This document shows, one piece after another, positions 42,839 through 52,357 of a stretch of DNA of 64,000 bases. Source of the DNA: an uncultured delta proteobacterium (GTDB lineage Bacteria > Desulfobacterota > Desulfobacteria > Desulfobacterales > Desulfosalsimonadaceae); NCBI GenBank assembly GCA_963826785.1, contig CAWGYD010000010.1, forward strand, positions 64,001 through 128,000. Reading direction: 5' to 3'. The position numbers and the translations under genes are program-made. Under the pieces are notes generated by a model that did no database searches, had not been told where the DNA came from, and saw nothing but the letters and a program-made list of their open reading frames with translations. How positions within the stretch are numbered: the first letter of the stretch is position 1; every line of letters starts with the position of its first letter.

Positions 42839-45604
42839 TTATTCTTTCAAAATGATGCCGGAAGGGAGCGATTCGCCGAAAAGGGCGTTTTCCTCCTGCC
42901 TGGCCAGGGGAACCACCTCTTGAAGGCATCGGGTCTCTTTAGCGAGATTATGGCGGTTCATCCAGCCAAGAACGCGCTCGATGGTTTCCGGTTCCATATC
43001 CCGAACCCGATCACCGGTCTTGCGCGACATCTGCAACAGCGCCTGTCCAACCGGTCCGGGATTGTTCCACTCGATGGAAAGGATCCCCTCGATCCAGCGG
43101 GAGACCTCTTCCTGCGGAATCACACGGTCCACCGGCCCGTACAGCAGTTCCCTCGCCCCGATCCGGGAAAGGGCCCAGAACTGCTGGGGCCGGGCTTTCC
43201 GGGGGTGCAATGCGGAGACCAGGGCACGGCCGAATTCGATCTTGTCTTTAACGGTCAGTCTCTCCATGTTGGCCACCGCCATCCAGATTTCGATCTCTTC
43301 CTGGGCTTGAAGACGGACTTTTCCTTTTTTGGGAATCAGCAGGGGACGGATATCCTGGATGATCTGCCGCTGCTGTCCGGCCGTGAGCCCGCCGGCCACC
43401 CGCCGCCACAGGATCCACCATTCGCTGTTGACCTGCAGGTTCTTTTTGAATATCATCCCCTGGCGGTAGATCTTCCACAACGAGGAGACGCGCTGTTCAT
43501 CCATGCCGTCCCCGAAGCCGGGACGCAGGCAGAACCCGGTGAGATTGAACCAGCGGATTTCATGCACCGCCGAAAAGCGCCTGGCCGGCAGCCGGGCCAG
43601 CAGTTCATCCGCCATCTGGCGGATAAACGAAAGCGGCCATTTTTCCCGGGGCCGGGATACGGCTTTGGAAAGATTTTTGGTCAGCCGGGTCAATTCACTT
43701 GAATCTGCGTTTTCGGAAAAAGCAGAATCGAGAATTGCACTTGCATCCGCTGCCACTGCCGACTCGAATATTTCCGTATCGGCGATGTCGATTCCCCCGT
43801 TTTGGGTCCGCAGCTGAAACTGGAGTCGCCATCGGTGTGGACTGGAAAGGGAGGCGCACCACAGGGCCAGTACGCCCATTTCCGTAAATTCAGCTTCGAT
43901 CCGGACGGGGATGGTGGTTTTCACCCCTTTCTGACCGAACTGGATCACGGTCTGAAGGGGCGGCAGTGGGGTCAGGGTGTCATCCACTGCAATCAGGTCT
44001 CCGGCACGGTCTCCCGAACGATAACTGGAACTGTACAAATCGAAGCTGACCGGCTGATTGGTCAATACCTCGAACTGCTTATCGGGGAGCTCAATCCGGG
44101 TCCCCTCATCCAGTCCCCGTTCGATGATGCAGATGGCCGATGGATCTGTATCCGCGGAACCGTTTTTCCGGCCAAATCCGAGATAATAGGATCTGGCGCT
44201 GCCGCTGCCCACCCGCACGCCTTTTCCGGATTTGACCAGTCCGTAATAGGAAGCGCCCAGCGCAACCGCAAGATCAGGGGCGGGGTTTGCAAGCACCCGG
44301 GGCTTTTTCGTATCGGTTTCCGAAAACCAGTGGCGGATGGCGAAAATGATCCGGTCCTGTACGATTCCGGATTTGAGTGAACCGCCGTTGAAAAGGATGA
44401 GATCGGGAAAGGGGCGCTTGCCCAACAGGTCATGGACGTCCTGCCGGTGCTTTTCCAAAAACTCGCCGATGTGCCGGGTGATGGCCGGTTCCGGCTCATA
44501 GGGGAGACCGAATTCGGATATTCCCTTGCGCACTGGTTTGCCGTTTCTCTCCTCCGGGGCTTTCAAGGGGAAAAACCCTTCTATGACGATCTGCTCCAGG
44601 TCGGGGCGCTCCAGGCGGGCCGACAGGGTGCCGGAAATCAGGGAGCTCCCCTCCCCCATCATGGTGATGGTCTCGGCATCGGTCCGTCCGTCCAGGATAT
44701 TTTCCTTGGCCTGGCGGCATAGGTGGCACAGCGTCTTCCACCGGTCGGTGCTCAATTTGGCCTGGCCGGAAAATTTCTGCTCCACATGCCGGGCCAGTGC
44801 CAGGTCGATATTGTCTCCGCCAAGGATGAGGTGGTCGCCCACCGCAATGCGCTCGAACCGTGGGGATCCTTCGGTTTCCCGCAGCGTGATGAGCGTAAAG
44901 TCCGTGGTGCCGCCCCCCACGTCACAGACCAGCACCAGTTCACCCGGATTGATGAACCGCCGCCATTTGTCCTCGTGGCCGATCAGCCAGCTGTAAAATG
45001 CAGCCAGGGGTTCCTCCAGCAGCGTGATCTGCTTCAGGCCCGCCATGTTGGCCGCTTCCACGGTCAGGTCCCGGGCCACCTCGTCAAATGAGGCCGGGAC
45101 CGTGATGATGATCAGCTGGTGCTCCAGGTAAAGCTCTTCTTCCTCCCCCCGGGTGCTGTTCCACGCCTGCCGGATGTGGTTCAGGTACGCGGCGGTGGCC
45201 TCCACCGGAGAAATCTTGTCCACCTCCGGGCCCGCCCCCCAGGGCAGAATCTTCGCCCGCCGGTCCGCATGGGTGTGGCACAGCCAGCTTTTAGCGGAGG
45301 ACACCAGCCGGGCCGGAATTTTGGCACCATGGTCCCGGGCCAGCACGCCCACGAATTTCTTGTCCCGCGAAATCCAGGGAAGTTGAATGGCTTCGTCTGA
45401 AATATCATACTTGCCGGGAACGTAGCAGAACGACGGGAGCACCGGCATGGCGGAAACTTCTCCGAGACCGGTGAGCTGGGGGACCTTGAAGAGTTTGATG
45501 CCTTTATTTGTGGCAGGCGCCTGGGAAAGATCGACATACGAAACTGCCGAATTGGTGGTTCCCAGATCAATTCCGACGATAAACCGCTTGTTTTCGATGG
45601 CCAA
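42839..45604 (-). CDS. Atypical Hsp70-family protein with long C-terminal extension (DUF3731-like)
   Basis: GIDLGTTNS, ITVPASF, EEPLAA, DVGGGTTD, GGDNID; C-terminal GFCLRPGFG and WRRVAGGL; probable TTG start at 45604. Confidence 0.88.
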   Translation of the reverse strand: MAIENKRFIVGIDLGTTNSAVSYVDLSQAPATNKGIKLFKVPQLTGLGEVSAMPVLPSFCYVPGKYDISDEAIQLPWISRDKKFVGVLARDHGAKIPARLVSSAKSWLCHTHADRRAKILPWGAGPEVDKISPVEATAAYLNHIRQAWNSTRGEEEELYLEHQLIIITVPASFDEVARDLTVEAANMAGLKQITLLEEPLAAFYSWLIGHEDKWRRFINPGELVLVCDVGGGTTDFTLITLRETEGSPRFERIAVGDHLILGGDNIDLALARHVEQKFSGQAKLSTDRWKTLCHLCRQAKENILDGRTDAETITMMGEGSSLISGTLSARLERPDLEQIVIEGFFPLKAPEERNGKPVRKGISEFGLPYEPEPAITRHIGEFLEKHRQDVHDLLGKRPFPDLILFNGGSLKSGIVQDRIIFAIRHWFSETDTKKPRVLANPAPDLAVALGASYYGLVKSGKGVRVGSGSARSYYLGFGRKNGSADTDPSAICIIERGLDEGTRIELPDKQFEVLTNQPVSFDLYSSSYRSGDRAGDLIAVDDTLTPLPPLQTVIQFGQKGVKTTIPVRIEAEFTEMGVLALWCASLSSPHRWRLQFQLRTQNGGIDIADTEIFESAVAADASAILDSAFSENADSSELTRLTKNLSKAVSRPREKWPLSFIRQMADELLARLPARRFSAVHEIRWFNLTGFCLRPGFGDGMDEQRVSSLWKIYRQGMIFKKNLQVNSEWWILWRRVAGGLTAGQQRQIIQDIRPLLIPKKGKVRLQAQEEIEIWMAVANMERLTVKDKIEFGRALVSALHPRKARPQQFWALSRIGARELLYGPVDRVIPQEEVSRWIEGILSIEWNNPGPVGQALLQMSRKTGDRVRDMEPETIERVLGWMNRHNLAKETRCLQEVVPLARQEENALFGESLPSGIILKE

Positions 45605-45608
45605 TACC

Positions 45609-47402
45609 CTATTGCTCCCGCACGTTGAATTCCAGTTTCCATTTGCTGCCGTCTTCAATGGAAACACACCACAGTTCCAGAGTGCCGATTTCGGTAATCC
45701 GGATTTCAAGCGTTACCCGCCGGGTTTCACCGGTGCTGCCGTCCAGGGTGGTTTCCAGGGTCGTGATCTCTTCGATATCGCCCTCCCAGTCCTCGACTAT
45801 TGTGCCGGCATCGTCATGTTTGCGCACGGATGAGCCCAGAAAATCAAAACGGACCGGCTCCCCCACCACGAGAACGAACTCCTGGCGGGTGAGATGGGCG
45901 GAGGTCCCCTCTTCCATGCCGAACGGCGCCACGCAGAGCGCCTTGACCGGAGTGGGCATGCCGGGAACCGCAGGCATGGCAGCGGCAATTGATACATAAT
46001 AGGATTTGCCCAGTCCGCCGCGGATACGGATTCCCCGCCCTTTCCGGGCAATGCCGAAATATGCGGCCCCCCGGGCCACGGCCAGGTCGAACTCATTGGT
46101 ACCGATTTCAAGCAGGGGCGCATCGGCTTTTCGCCAACCGCCCAGGATGTCGAGAAAGCGCTTGCGGATGGGGGCGGGCTTCATGACCCCGCCGTTAAAC
46201 AGTACATGCGTGGGCAGGAGAGATGCCGACTGCTCGCTTTTTTGCTGCCGATTCAGAAAGCTGGCCAGATGGCGGGTGATCGCCGGATCGGATTCATAGG
46301 AGAGCCCGGCTTCCTGCAGCCCGATCCGGGTGGATTGCCGGGGGGAATCCGTGACGGCCGCCTCGGGAAAAAAGCCGTCCAGAATGACCTTTTCGATCTC
46401 ATCCCGGGGCAATTCGGCTTTTAAGGTGCCGCCGATCAGGCTGCTCCCCCGGCCCAGGATGGTCACGGGGTATTGGGCCAGGTCCGGGTGGGTCAGGATC
46501 TGTTCCTTGGCATTTCGACAGCTGTGGATCAATCCCCGCATCTGCCAGGTGTCCAGCCGGGTGCCTTTTTCGGCCATCTTCCGGGCGATGTAATAGGCCA
46601 GGGTGAGATCCATGTTGTCGCCGCCCACCAGAAGGTGGTTTCCCACCGCGATCCGCTCCAGTTGAAGATCGCCATCCTGTTCGGATACCTGGATCAGGCT
46701 GAAATCGGTGGTGCCCCCGCCCACATCGCATACCAGGATCAGATCCCCTTTTTTCACCGCTTTGCGCCACTGGTCGTCACTGGCGGCAATCCAGGCATAA
46801 AAGGCCGCCTGGGGTTCCTCCAGGAGGACGAGATGTTTCAACCCGGCCGTTTGGGCGGCCTGGACGGTCAGTTCGCGGGCCACCGCATCGAAGGAGGCGG
46901 GAACGGTGAGAAAGATTTCCTGATGCTCCATCCGGGCGGCATCGTCATCGGCGGCCATCTGATAATTCCATACATCCCGGATATATTTCAGAATCATCGC
47001 CGAGGCGTCCACCGGAGACATTTTGGACAGATCCTCTGGAGCGTCCCATGGCAGCACCGGCCTGTTGCGGTCGATGAGCGTATTGCACAGCCAGGATTTG
47101 GAAGAGGAAATGAGCCGCTGGGGGACTTCCGAGCCGCGCTGACGGGCGTATTCGCCCACCACAATGCCGTTTTCCGGATCCCATGGCAGTGAAAGGGCAT
47201 CCGCCGACATTTCTCCGGCACCCGGGAGAAAAATAAAGGACGGCAGCATGTCCCGGTTTTCCATCGTTCCGGAACCGACCAGCTGCGGAATCCGAAGGAC
47301 TCGAATATCGGGGGGCTGATCCGCGGTTTCAATGGGGGCATAGGCCACGATGGAGTTGGTGGTTCCCAGATCGATTCCAATCACGTAGATCGGTTCAGAC
47401 AC
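45609..47402 (-). CDS. Atypical Hsp70-family protein
   Basis: GIDLGTTNS, TVPASF, EEPQAA, DVGGGTTD, GGDNMD, AVARGAA; ends WKLEFNVR. Confidence 0.9.
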   Translation of the reverse strand: MSEPIYVIGIDLGTTNSIVAYAPIETADQPPDIRVLRIPQLVGSGTMENRDMLPSFIFLPGAGEMSADALSLPWDPENGIVVGEYARQRGSEVPQRLISSSKSWLCNTLIDRNRPVLPWDAPEDLSKMSPVDASAMILKYIRDVWNYQMAADDDAARMEHQEIFLTVPASFDAVARELTVQAAQTAGLKHLVLLEEPQAAFYAWIAASDDQWRKAVKKGDLILVCDVGGGTTDFSLIQVSEQDGDLQLERIAVGNHLLVGGDNMDLTLAYYIARKMAEKGTRLDTWQMRGLIHSCRNAKEQILTHPDLAQYPVTILGRGSSLIGGTLKAELPRDEIEKVILDGFFPEAAVTDSPRQSTRIGLQEAGLSYESDPAITRHLASFLNRQQKSEQSASLLPTHVLFNGGVMKPAPIRKRFLDILGGWRKADAPLLEIGTNEFDLAVARGAAYFGIARKGRGIRIRGGLGKSYYVSIAAAMPAVPGMPTPVKALCVAPFGMEEGTSAHLTRQEFVLVVGEPVRFDFLGSSVRKHDDAGTIVEDWEGDIEEITTLETTLDGSTGETRRVTLEIRITEIGTLELWCVSIEDGSKWKLEFNVREQ

Positions 47403-47425
47403 GTCTTTTCTCCTGCATCAACCGT

Positions 47426-48241
47426 TTACAAAATTTCGACTTCGGCCGGAGCGATGATCCGGCTGTCCCGGGTTCCGGAAAGGGTCGGCAGCTCGAGCTT
47501 GCCCGCACGCCATCCCTTGTGCCGCAATACGCCGCTGAAGGGCGGTTCCCCGGTAACATTGCCGGTCAGCTTGATGGCGCTGGGGTCAAAATCCGGTGCG
47601 ACGGTGATCTTTTCCCCCTCGGACTGATCGAGGACCGCTTTGGGTCCCAGGTGCTTGTTGATGGCCTTTCGGCAATTCTCCTGGATGCTGCGCACGGCCG
47701 CACCGATCTGGGCGTCTTCATACCGGCTCAGGTCTTCTTCGAAAAAATCGACGAGGCGGCCTTCCCTCTGCAGGACCGACAGCAAATGAAGATAATAGCG
47801 CTGGTTGGCTTCTATGACGGCTTCTCGGTCCTGCTGCGAGGCGACGCGCGCTTCCGGGGATTTTCGTTTCTTTTCCGCAGCCGCGCCTTTTGCCTTGTCC
47901 GGTTTTGCAGCCGCATCCGGGGCGATGCCAAATTTACGCAGCCGCCGTACGAAGGCGCCTCTTAAAATCAGCCATAAAATGAGGGCAAAAAGGATGAAGA
48001 TGGCCAGCAGCGCCGGAACGCTGTAGAGCCCCCAGCTCCGGATGACCGGCTGGACATGCGAAAGCCCTGCGGCCAGTTCCGGCGACCGGCCGGCAGCGTC
48101 GTTCAGCACCGAAAAAGAGATGTTGGACGAAAGCCAGTTCCAGATGAGATAACCGGCCCCTTCCAGCAAAAACGCCAGCATCAGCATTACCAAAAGGGAC
48201 CACAGTAAAATCCGGCGTGAATACGATTTGATGAGATTCAT
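47426..48241 (-). CDS. DUF2760-family membrane protein
   Basis: LQREGRLVDF..EDL..Y.DAQIGAAVR, LTGNV.GEPPF.G.LRHKGW, IAPAEVE; two N-terminal TM helices; ATG at 48241. Confidence 0.85.
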   Translation of the reverse strand: MNLIKSYSRRILLWSLLVMLMLAFLLEGAGYLIWNWLSSNISFSVLNDAAGRSPELAAGLSHVQPVIRSWGLYSVPALLAIFILFALILWLILRGAFVRRLRKFGIAPDAAAKPDKAKGAAAEKKRKSPEARVASQQDREAVIEANQRYYLHLLSVLQREGRLVDFFEEDLSRYEDAQIGAAVRSIQENCRKAINKHLGPKAVLDQSEGEKITVAPDFDPSAIKLTGNVTGEPPFSGVLRHKGWRAGKLELPTLSGTRDSRIIAPAEVEIL

Positions 48242-48545
48242 TTCCTGACTCCTTGATTCATCCTGGTTGCCGATATTCTTATAACGCACGGGGATTGTCC
48301 ATCCGGGCCCCGCCGGGCAGCGGATCAAAAAAACAGATAAAAAGCCGCCTTGATCCGGGACCGTCAACCCGTCGGACGCAAAGCAAAGGGCATTAATTAA
48401 ATTGAACCCACCATGCTGTCAAGGAACTTTTGATTTCACCTGATCAATAAGAATTAGACATTTCAGGGAAATTTCAAATATAGGATTCGATGCCCCATCC
48501 CGCAAGGAGCTGAGTCCGGACAGGGGGAGATCGGCCAAAAGGGTC

Positions 48546-48574
48546 TTGAATATCAGCCAAGGGCGGTCTATATT
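48546..48574 (+). promoter_or_regulatory. Putative sigma70 promoter of the small Cys-rich ORF
   Basis: TTGAAT-17 bp-TATATT, 36 bp before ATG 48611. Confidence 0.5.
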
Positions 48575-48610
48575 GGTTTTTTATACTTGGAAAGCAAGGA
48601 ATGAATATAA

Positions 48611-48790
48611 ATGACGGTGAAGAGAGACAAGTTTGATTTTGAGATCGGATATTTAATGAAAAGCCCGTGCAGGGAGTGCATCTACCGGGATCATCTCCCG
48701 AACTGCTCGGATCAGTGCCTCCTGCTGGATAAACTCCGCATCATTTTATCCAAAGGCATTTCCTGTACGGGGAAGTATCCCCGCAGCTGA
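48611..48790 (+). CDS. Small Cys-rich protein (59 aa), below ORF-track cutoff
   Basis: Manual translation MTVKRDKFDFEIGYLMKSPCRECIYRDHLPNCSDQCLLLDKLRIILSKGISCTGKYPRS; upstream promoter-like element and AAGGA, downstream hairpin. Confidence 0.7.
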   Translation: MTVKRDKFDFEIGYLMKSPCRECIYRDHLPNCSDQCLLLDKLRIILSKGISCTGKYPRS

Positions 48791-48803
48791 ATTCCCGCGC
48801 TTG

Positions 48804-48840
48804 AAAAAAAAATCGCGCAGCCGAGAGGCTGCGCGATTTA
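48804..48840. terminator. Intrinsic terminator between convergent genes (U-tract serves comEA; possibly bidirectional)
   Basis: AAATCGCGCAGCC-GAGA-GGCTGCGCGATTT perfect 13-bp stem with an A9 run on the left. Confidence 0.85.
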
Positions 48841-48859
48841 AAATCTATTTTTCGCAAAC

Positions 48860-49204
48860 TTATTCCTTGGCGGACTGCACTTCTTCCGCCGCATTTTCCA
48901 TGGTTGCTTCCGCTTTTCCGGTTACGTCCCCCACCGTGATCATATTGATGTTATCGGCAAGGGTTTTGGGGCCGATTCCCTTAACATTTACCAGGTCTTC
49001 CGGGCTGGAAAACATGCCGTTTTCCTGCCGGTACGCAACGATATCCGCGGCGATTTTTTCCCCGACGCCTTTGAGCTGGGTCAGTTCGTCGGCCGTTGCG
49101 GTATTGATGTTGATCTTTGCCGCATCCTCAGCCATTGCAATGCCCGAAAATCCGATGATCAAACCGATTACAACCAGCCATGCGAGTAACTTTCTGTTGT
49201 GCAT
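48860..49204 (-). CDS. comEA: ComEA-family helix-hairpin-helix DNA-binding protein
   Basis: Signal peptide (AMA), KININTA, LKGVG, VKGIG; GGAAAGGAG RBS. Confidence 0.9.
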   Translation of the reverse strand: MHNRKLLAWLVVIGLIIGFSGIAMAEDAAKININTATADELTQLKGVGEKIAADIVAYRQENGMFSSPEDLVNVKGIGPKTLADNINMITVGDVTGKAEATMENAAEEVQSAKE

Positions 49205-49272
49205 CTTGCGCTCCTTTCCAAAGATTAGAGGGTAACGTGAGTCAGGTACATAGAGCACTCACCTGCTGAAAA

Positions 49273-49301
49273 ATTATTCACAAACTAAAAATAAATGTCA
49301 A
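49273..49301 (-). promoter_or_regulatory. Putative sigma70 promoter of comEA
   Basis: Minus strand TTGACA-17 bp-AATAAT. Confidence 0.6.
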
Positions 49302-49390
49302 GAGTTATTAGTATTAAACGTTTGTTTGAATCAAATCAGGCAATTCATTATGACAAAATTTTTAGAGATGATCTATATAGAATGTAGTTT

Positions 49391-50356
49391 TTATGGTAGA
49401 TGAGCAGGTTCGTCGCAACTCAACGCCTGCTGCTTCAGCCTTTCATTCAAAAATTCAAGCTGATACGCCAGAACACGGGTGATTGCCATGGAATAGCCTG
49501 CTCTTTGCGCCGCTTCGATGGGTCGCCAGTAGATTTCATCGATCTCAAGCGGTCGCCCGGCAGCAAAATCGAGTTTCATGCTGGGACTGTAATCGATCAT
49601 ACGCCGGGTGGCGGTCATCATTTTGTCGGCGAATTCATCGGGAATTTGAAAACCGCAAGCACGGGCCGCGCCGATGACCTCCATCATGATCGTTTTCACC
49701 AGGGCGACCGTTGCGGTGCTATTCATCAGCATGTCGGTGGTGGCGTTCAGGACCACGGTCAACCCGTTAAAGCCCATGTTCCATACCAGTTTCTCCCAGC
49801 GCGCTTTTCCCAAATCCTCCGCCACCACCACGGAAACCCCCGCTTTACTGAAAACATCCGCGATGAGTTTCAATTCCCGGGTCACACCGGCCGCTTCATA
49901 ACCGGACCGGTACTGCCCCAGGCGGACGCTGCCGTAGTCAAGATGACGGATAAATCCAGGGCCCGCCTTGTGGCTGCACAAAAAGCAAAGGCCACCCACA
50001 ACGGTTGATTTGGGCATCATATCGGCGACATCCTTTTCGACATCGAGCCCATTCTGCAGCAGCACCACGATCCCCCTTTTTTTAGTCATCTTCGGCAGAA
50101 TATGAGCGAGCAGGCCGTTTTGGGTTGTTTTCAGGGCCACGATGGCGACATCGCATGCCGGCATATCCTCCGCCCGCTGATAAGCGTTCACCGCATCTAT
50201 GGCAAAATCCCCGTTTTTCGATTCCACCATTAATCCGTACTGCCGCACGTGCTCATAATCGCTGTGCAGCAGGAAATGAACATCAAACCCGGACCGTGCC
50301 AGCAATCCGCCATAATATCCCCCCACTGCACCCGTACCGATAATTCCGATTTTCAC
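49391..50356 (-). CDS. panE: 2-dehydropantoate 2-reductase family protein
   Basis: GTGAVGGYYG, LQNGL, WEKLVWN, PSMKLD...LEID; GTG start with GGGAGG RBS. Confidence 0.88.
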   Translation of the reverse strand: MKIGIIGTGAVGGYYGGLLARSGFDVHFLLHSDYEHVRQYGLMVESKNGDFAIDAVNAYQRAEDMPACDVAIVALKTTQNGLLAHILPKMTKKRGIVVLLQNGLDVEKDVADMMPKSTVVGGLCFLCSHKAGPGFIRHLDYGSVRLGQYRSGYEAAGVTRELKLIADVFSKAGVSVVVAEDLGKARWEKLVWNMGFNGLTVVLNATTDMLMNSTATVALVKTIMMEVIGAARACGFQIPDEFADKMMTATRRMIDYSPSMKLDFAAGRPLEIDEIYWRPIEAAQRAGYSMAITRVLAYQLEFLNERLKQQALSCDEPAHLP

Positions 50357-50674
50357 GAATCCTCCCTTTATTCGCATTCAACCTGGAACAAATTCATTTC
50401 ATTCAAATGCGATTTGTTATCCGATTTGTGCCGGAAGTTCAAGAAATTGCAGACGCACAAAGAAGCGCGGGGTGCATCGGTTGATCGCGGATGCGCACAG
50501 TCGTTAAAATTCATTTTCAGGCATATTAAAAGTTGATAAAAGTCGGCACCCCATGTTACGGTCATTTATCTGTATATGCTGACTTCACGACCCTGCGATA
50601 ACGCTGCGCCCCGGCATAAAATTGCAGATCATCCGATTTTAAAAATCTAAAACAGATACACTGGGAGGGCATTC

Positions 50675-52264
50675 ATGGCCGCTAAACCTGAAGCTGCCAA
50701 TTCGGTTTCCGCGAAGGACCGGTTAGGAGAGGCGCTGGTCAAGCATAATCTGATTAATCCCCAACAGCTTGAAAAAGCATTGAAGCGACGTTCACAGGTC
50801 GATCTTCCGCTGGGATCGATTCTGATCGAAATGGGGTTTATCAGCACCGACGAACTGCTTGATTTCCTGTCCAAGAAATTTGCCGTCCCTGCGGTGAACC
50901 TTTTTAAAATCGATATTGATCAGCATGTCCTGGACCTGGTTCCCCAGGAAAAAATGAAACAGTTCAAGATCCTGCCCATCGAGATGGAAAACAACCGGCT
51001 CACCCTGGCCATGGTCAGCCCCCATGATTTCATGACCATCAGTGATCTGGAATTTACCATCGGCAAAAAGATCAAGCCGGTGATCGTCCCTTATTTCATG
51101 ATGGAATCGGCACTGGGGCTCCTGTCGTCATCCTATGAAGATGGTCTCAAAGGCGAAGCCATCGCCCAGGCAGCCCTTGAAGAATCGAGTGTCACCCAGC
51201 ACGCCCCCAAAATTGACGTCCTGCTCAAATACATGGTCAAGTCCGGTGCAAGCGATATGATCCTCACTGCCGGTGTGCCGCCCTCCATCAAGGCGAGTAA
51301 CGAAGTAAAACGCCTGGCCACTGTTTCACTGACACCCGAGGATACCGAATCCTACGCCCGGTCCCTGCTCTCAAAAGCGGACTGGGAGAAATTCAAAGTC
51401 ACAAAAGAACTCGATATTTCCATCACCTTTCCCGAGATCGCACGGTTTCGCATCAATTTTTACCGCCAGCGCGGTTCGGTGGCCATTACCATCCGCCACG
51501 TGATGGACCGGCTCCCCTCCCTCAAAGAACTCGGGCTGCCCGAATGGATCAGGGATTATGCGCTCCGGCACCAGGGATTGATCCTGATCTCGGGCCCCGC
51601 GGGGCACGGGAAATCGACCACCCTGTGTTCCATGGTGGATATCATCAATACGCATCGGAGATGCAACATTCTCACCCTCGAAGACCCCATTGAATATCTC
51701 CACAAGCATCGCAAGAGCAACGTCAATCAGCGGGAAATCGGACGGGACACGGAATCCTTTGAAACCGGGCTGCGGTCGATTTTCCGGCAGGCACCGGATG
51801 TTATCGTTATCGGAGAACTCAGGGACAAGGAATCTTTTGAAATCGCCCTGCGGGCTGCCCGAACAGGCCATCTGGTGCTCAGCACCATGAACGCGGCCAA
51901 TTCGACTGCCGTCATCCGGATCGTCATCAATATGTTTCCGCCCCACCAACAGGACCTCATCCGCATGCTGTTGTCCGAATCGCTGCTGCTCTCCATGGCC
52001 CAGCGGCTGATCCCCCGGCGGGACCACTCCGGGATGGTGCTCGCCGCCGAACGGTTCATCAATTCAAACCGCATCAGCAACCTGATCCGGGAGGACAAAA
52101 CCCATCAGATTCGATCCATGATGGAGACCGGCGCAGAAGAATTCAGTCCGCTGGAACTAAGCCTCGCCAATCTGTACAAATCCGGCAAGATCGAATTCGA
52201 AGACGGGTTGATGCATGCCACCAGCCAGCAGCTTTACCGGGATTTGACCGGGGTATCGGTATAA
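50675..52264 (+). CDS. PilT/PilU-family ATPase with N-terminal MshEN/T2SSE_N domain
   Basis: RLGEALV...PLGSILIEMGFI N-terminus; ASDMILTAG.PP, RFRINF, GPAGHGKST, TLEDPIE, QREIG.DT..F, PDVIVIGELRD, TGHLV, SNLIRE. Confidence 0.88.
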   Translation: MAAKPEAANSVSAKDRLGEALVKHNLINPQQLEKALKRRSQVDLPLGSILIEMGFISTDELLDFLSKKFAVPAVNLFKIDIDQHVLDLVPQEKMKQFKILPIEMENNRLTLAMVSPHDFMTISDLEFTIGKKIKPVIVPYFMMESALGLLSSSYEDGLKGEAIAQAALEESSVTQHAPKIDVLLKYMVKSGASDMILTAGVPPSIKASNEVKRLATVSLTPEDTESYARSLLSKADWEKFKVTKELDISITFPEIARFRINFYRQRGSVAITIRHVMDRLPSLKELGLPEWIRDYALRHQGLILISGPAGHGKSTTLCSMVDIINTHRRCNILTLEDPIEYLHKHRKSNVNQREIGRDTESFETGLRSIFRQAPDVIVIGELRDKESFEIALRAARTGHLVLSTMNAANSTAVIRIVINMFPPHQQDLIRMLLSESLLLSMAQRLIPRRDHSGMVLAAERFINSNRISNLIREDKTHQIRSMMETGAEEFSPLELSLANLYKSGKIEFEDGLMHATSQQLYRDLTGVSV

Positions 52265-52357
52265 GGTTGCAACTCTTTTCCCCTGATGTCTGCGATGTGG
52301 TTTCGGCTCTGCCGCAGGCATCAGGCCGCACGGTGATAAGCCCGCCCCTGGAAACAA

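Noticed and set aside
48340..48400. GGACGCAAAGC resembling part of a c-di-GMP-I riboswitch
   Set aside because: The upstream GGCAAAC/GNRA-capped stem and a downstream P3 pairing are not visible.
50611..50626. CGGCATAAAATTGCA upstream of the PilT-like gene as a sigma54 site
   Set aside because: GG-to-GC spacing is 9 nt, not the required 10.
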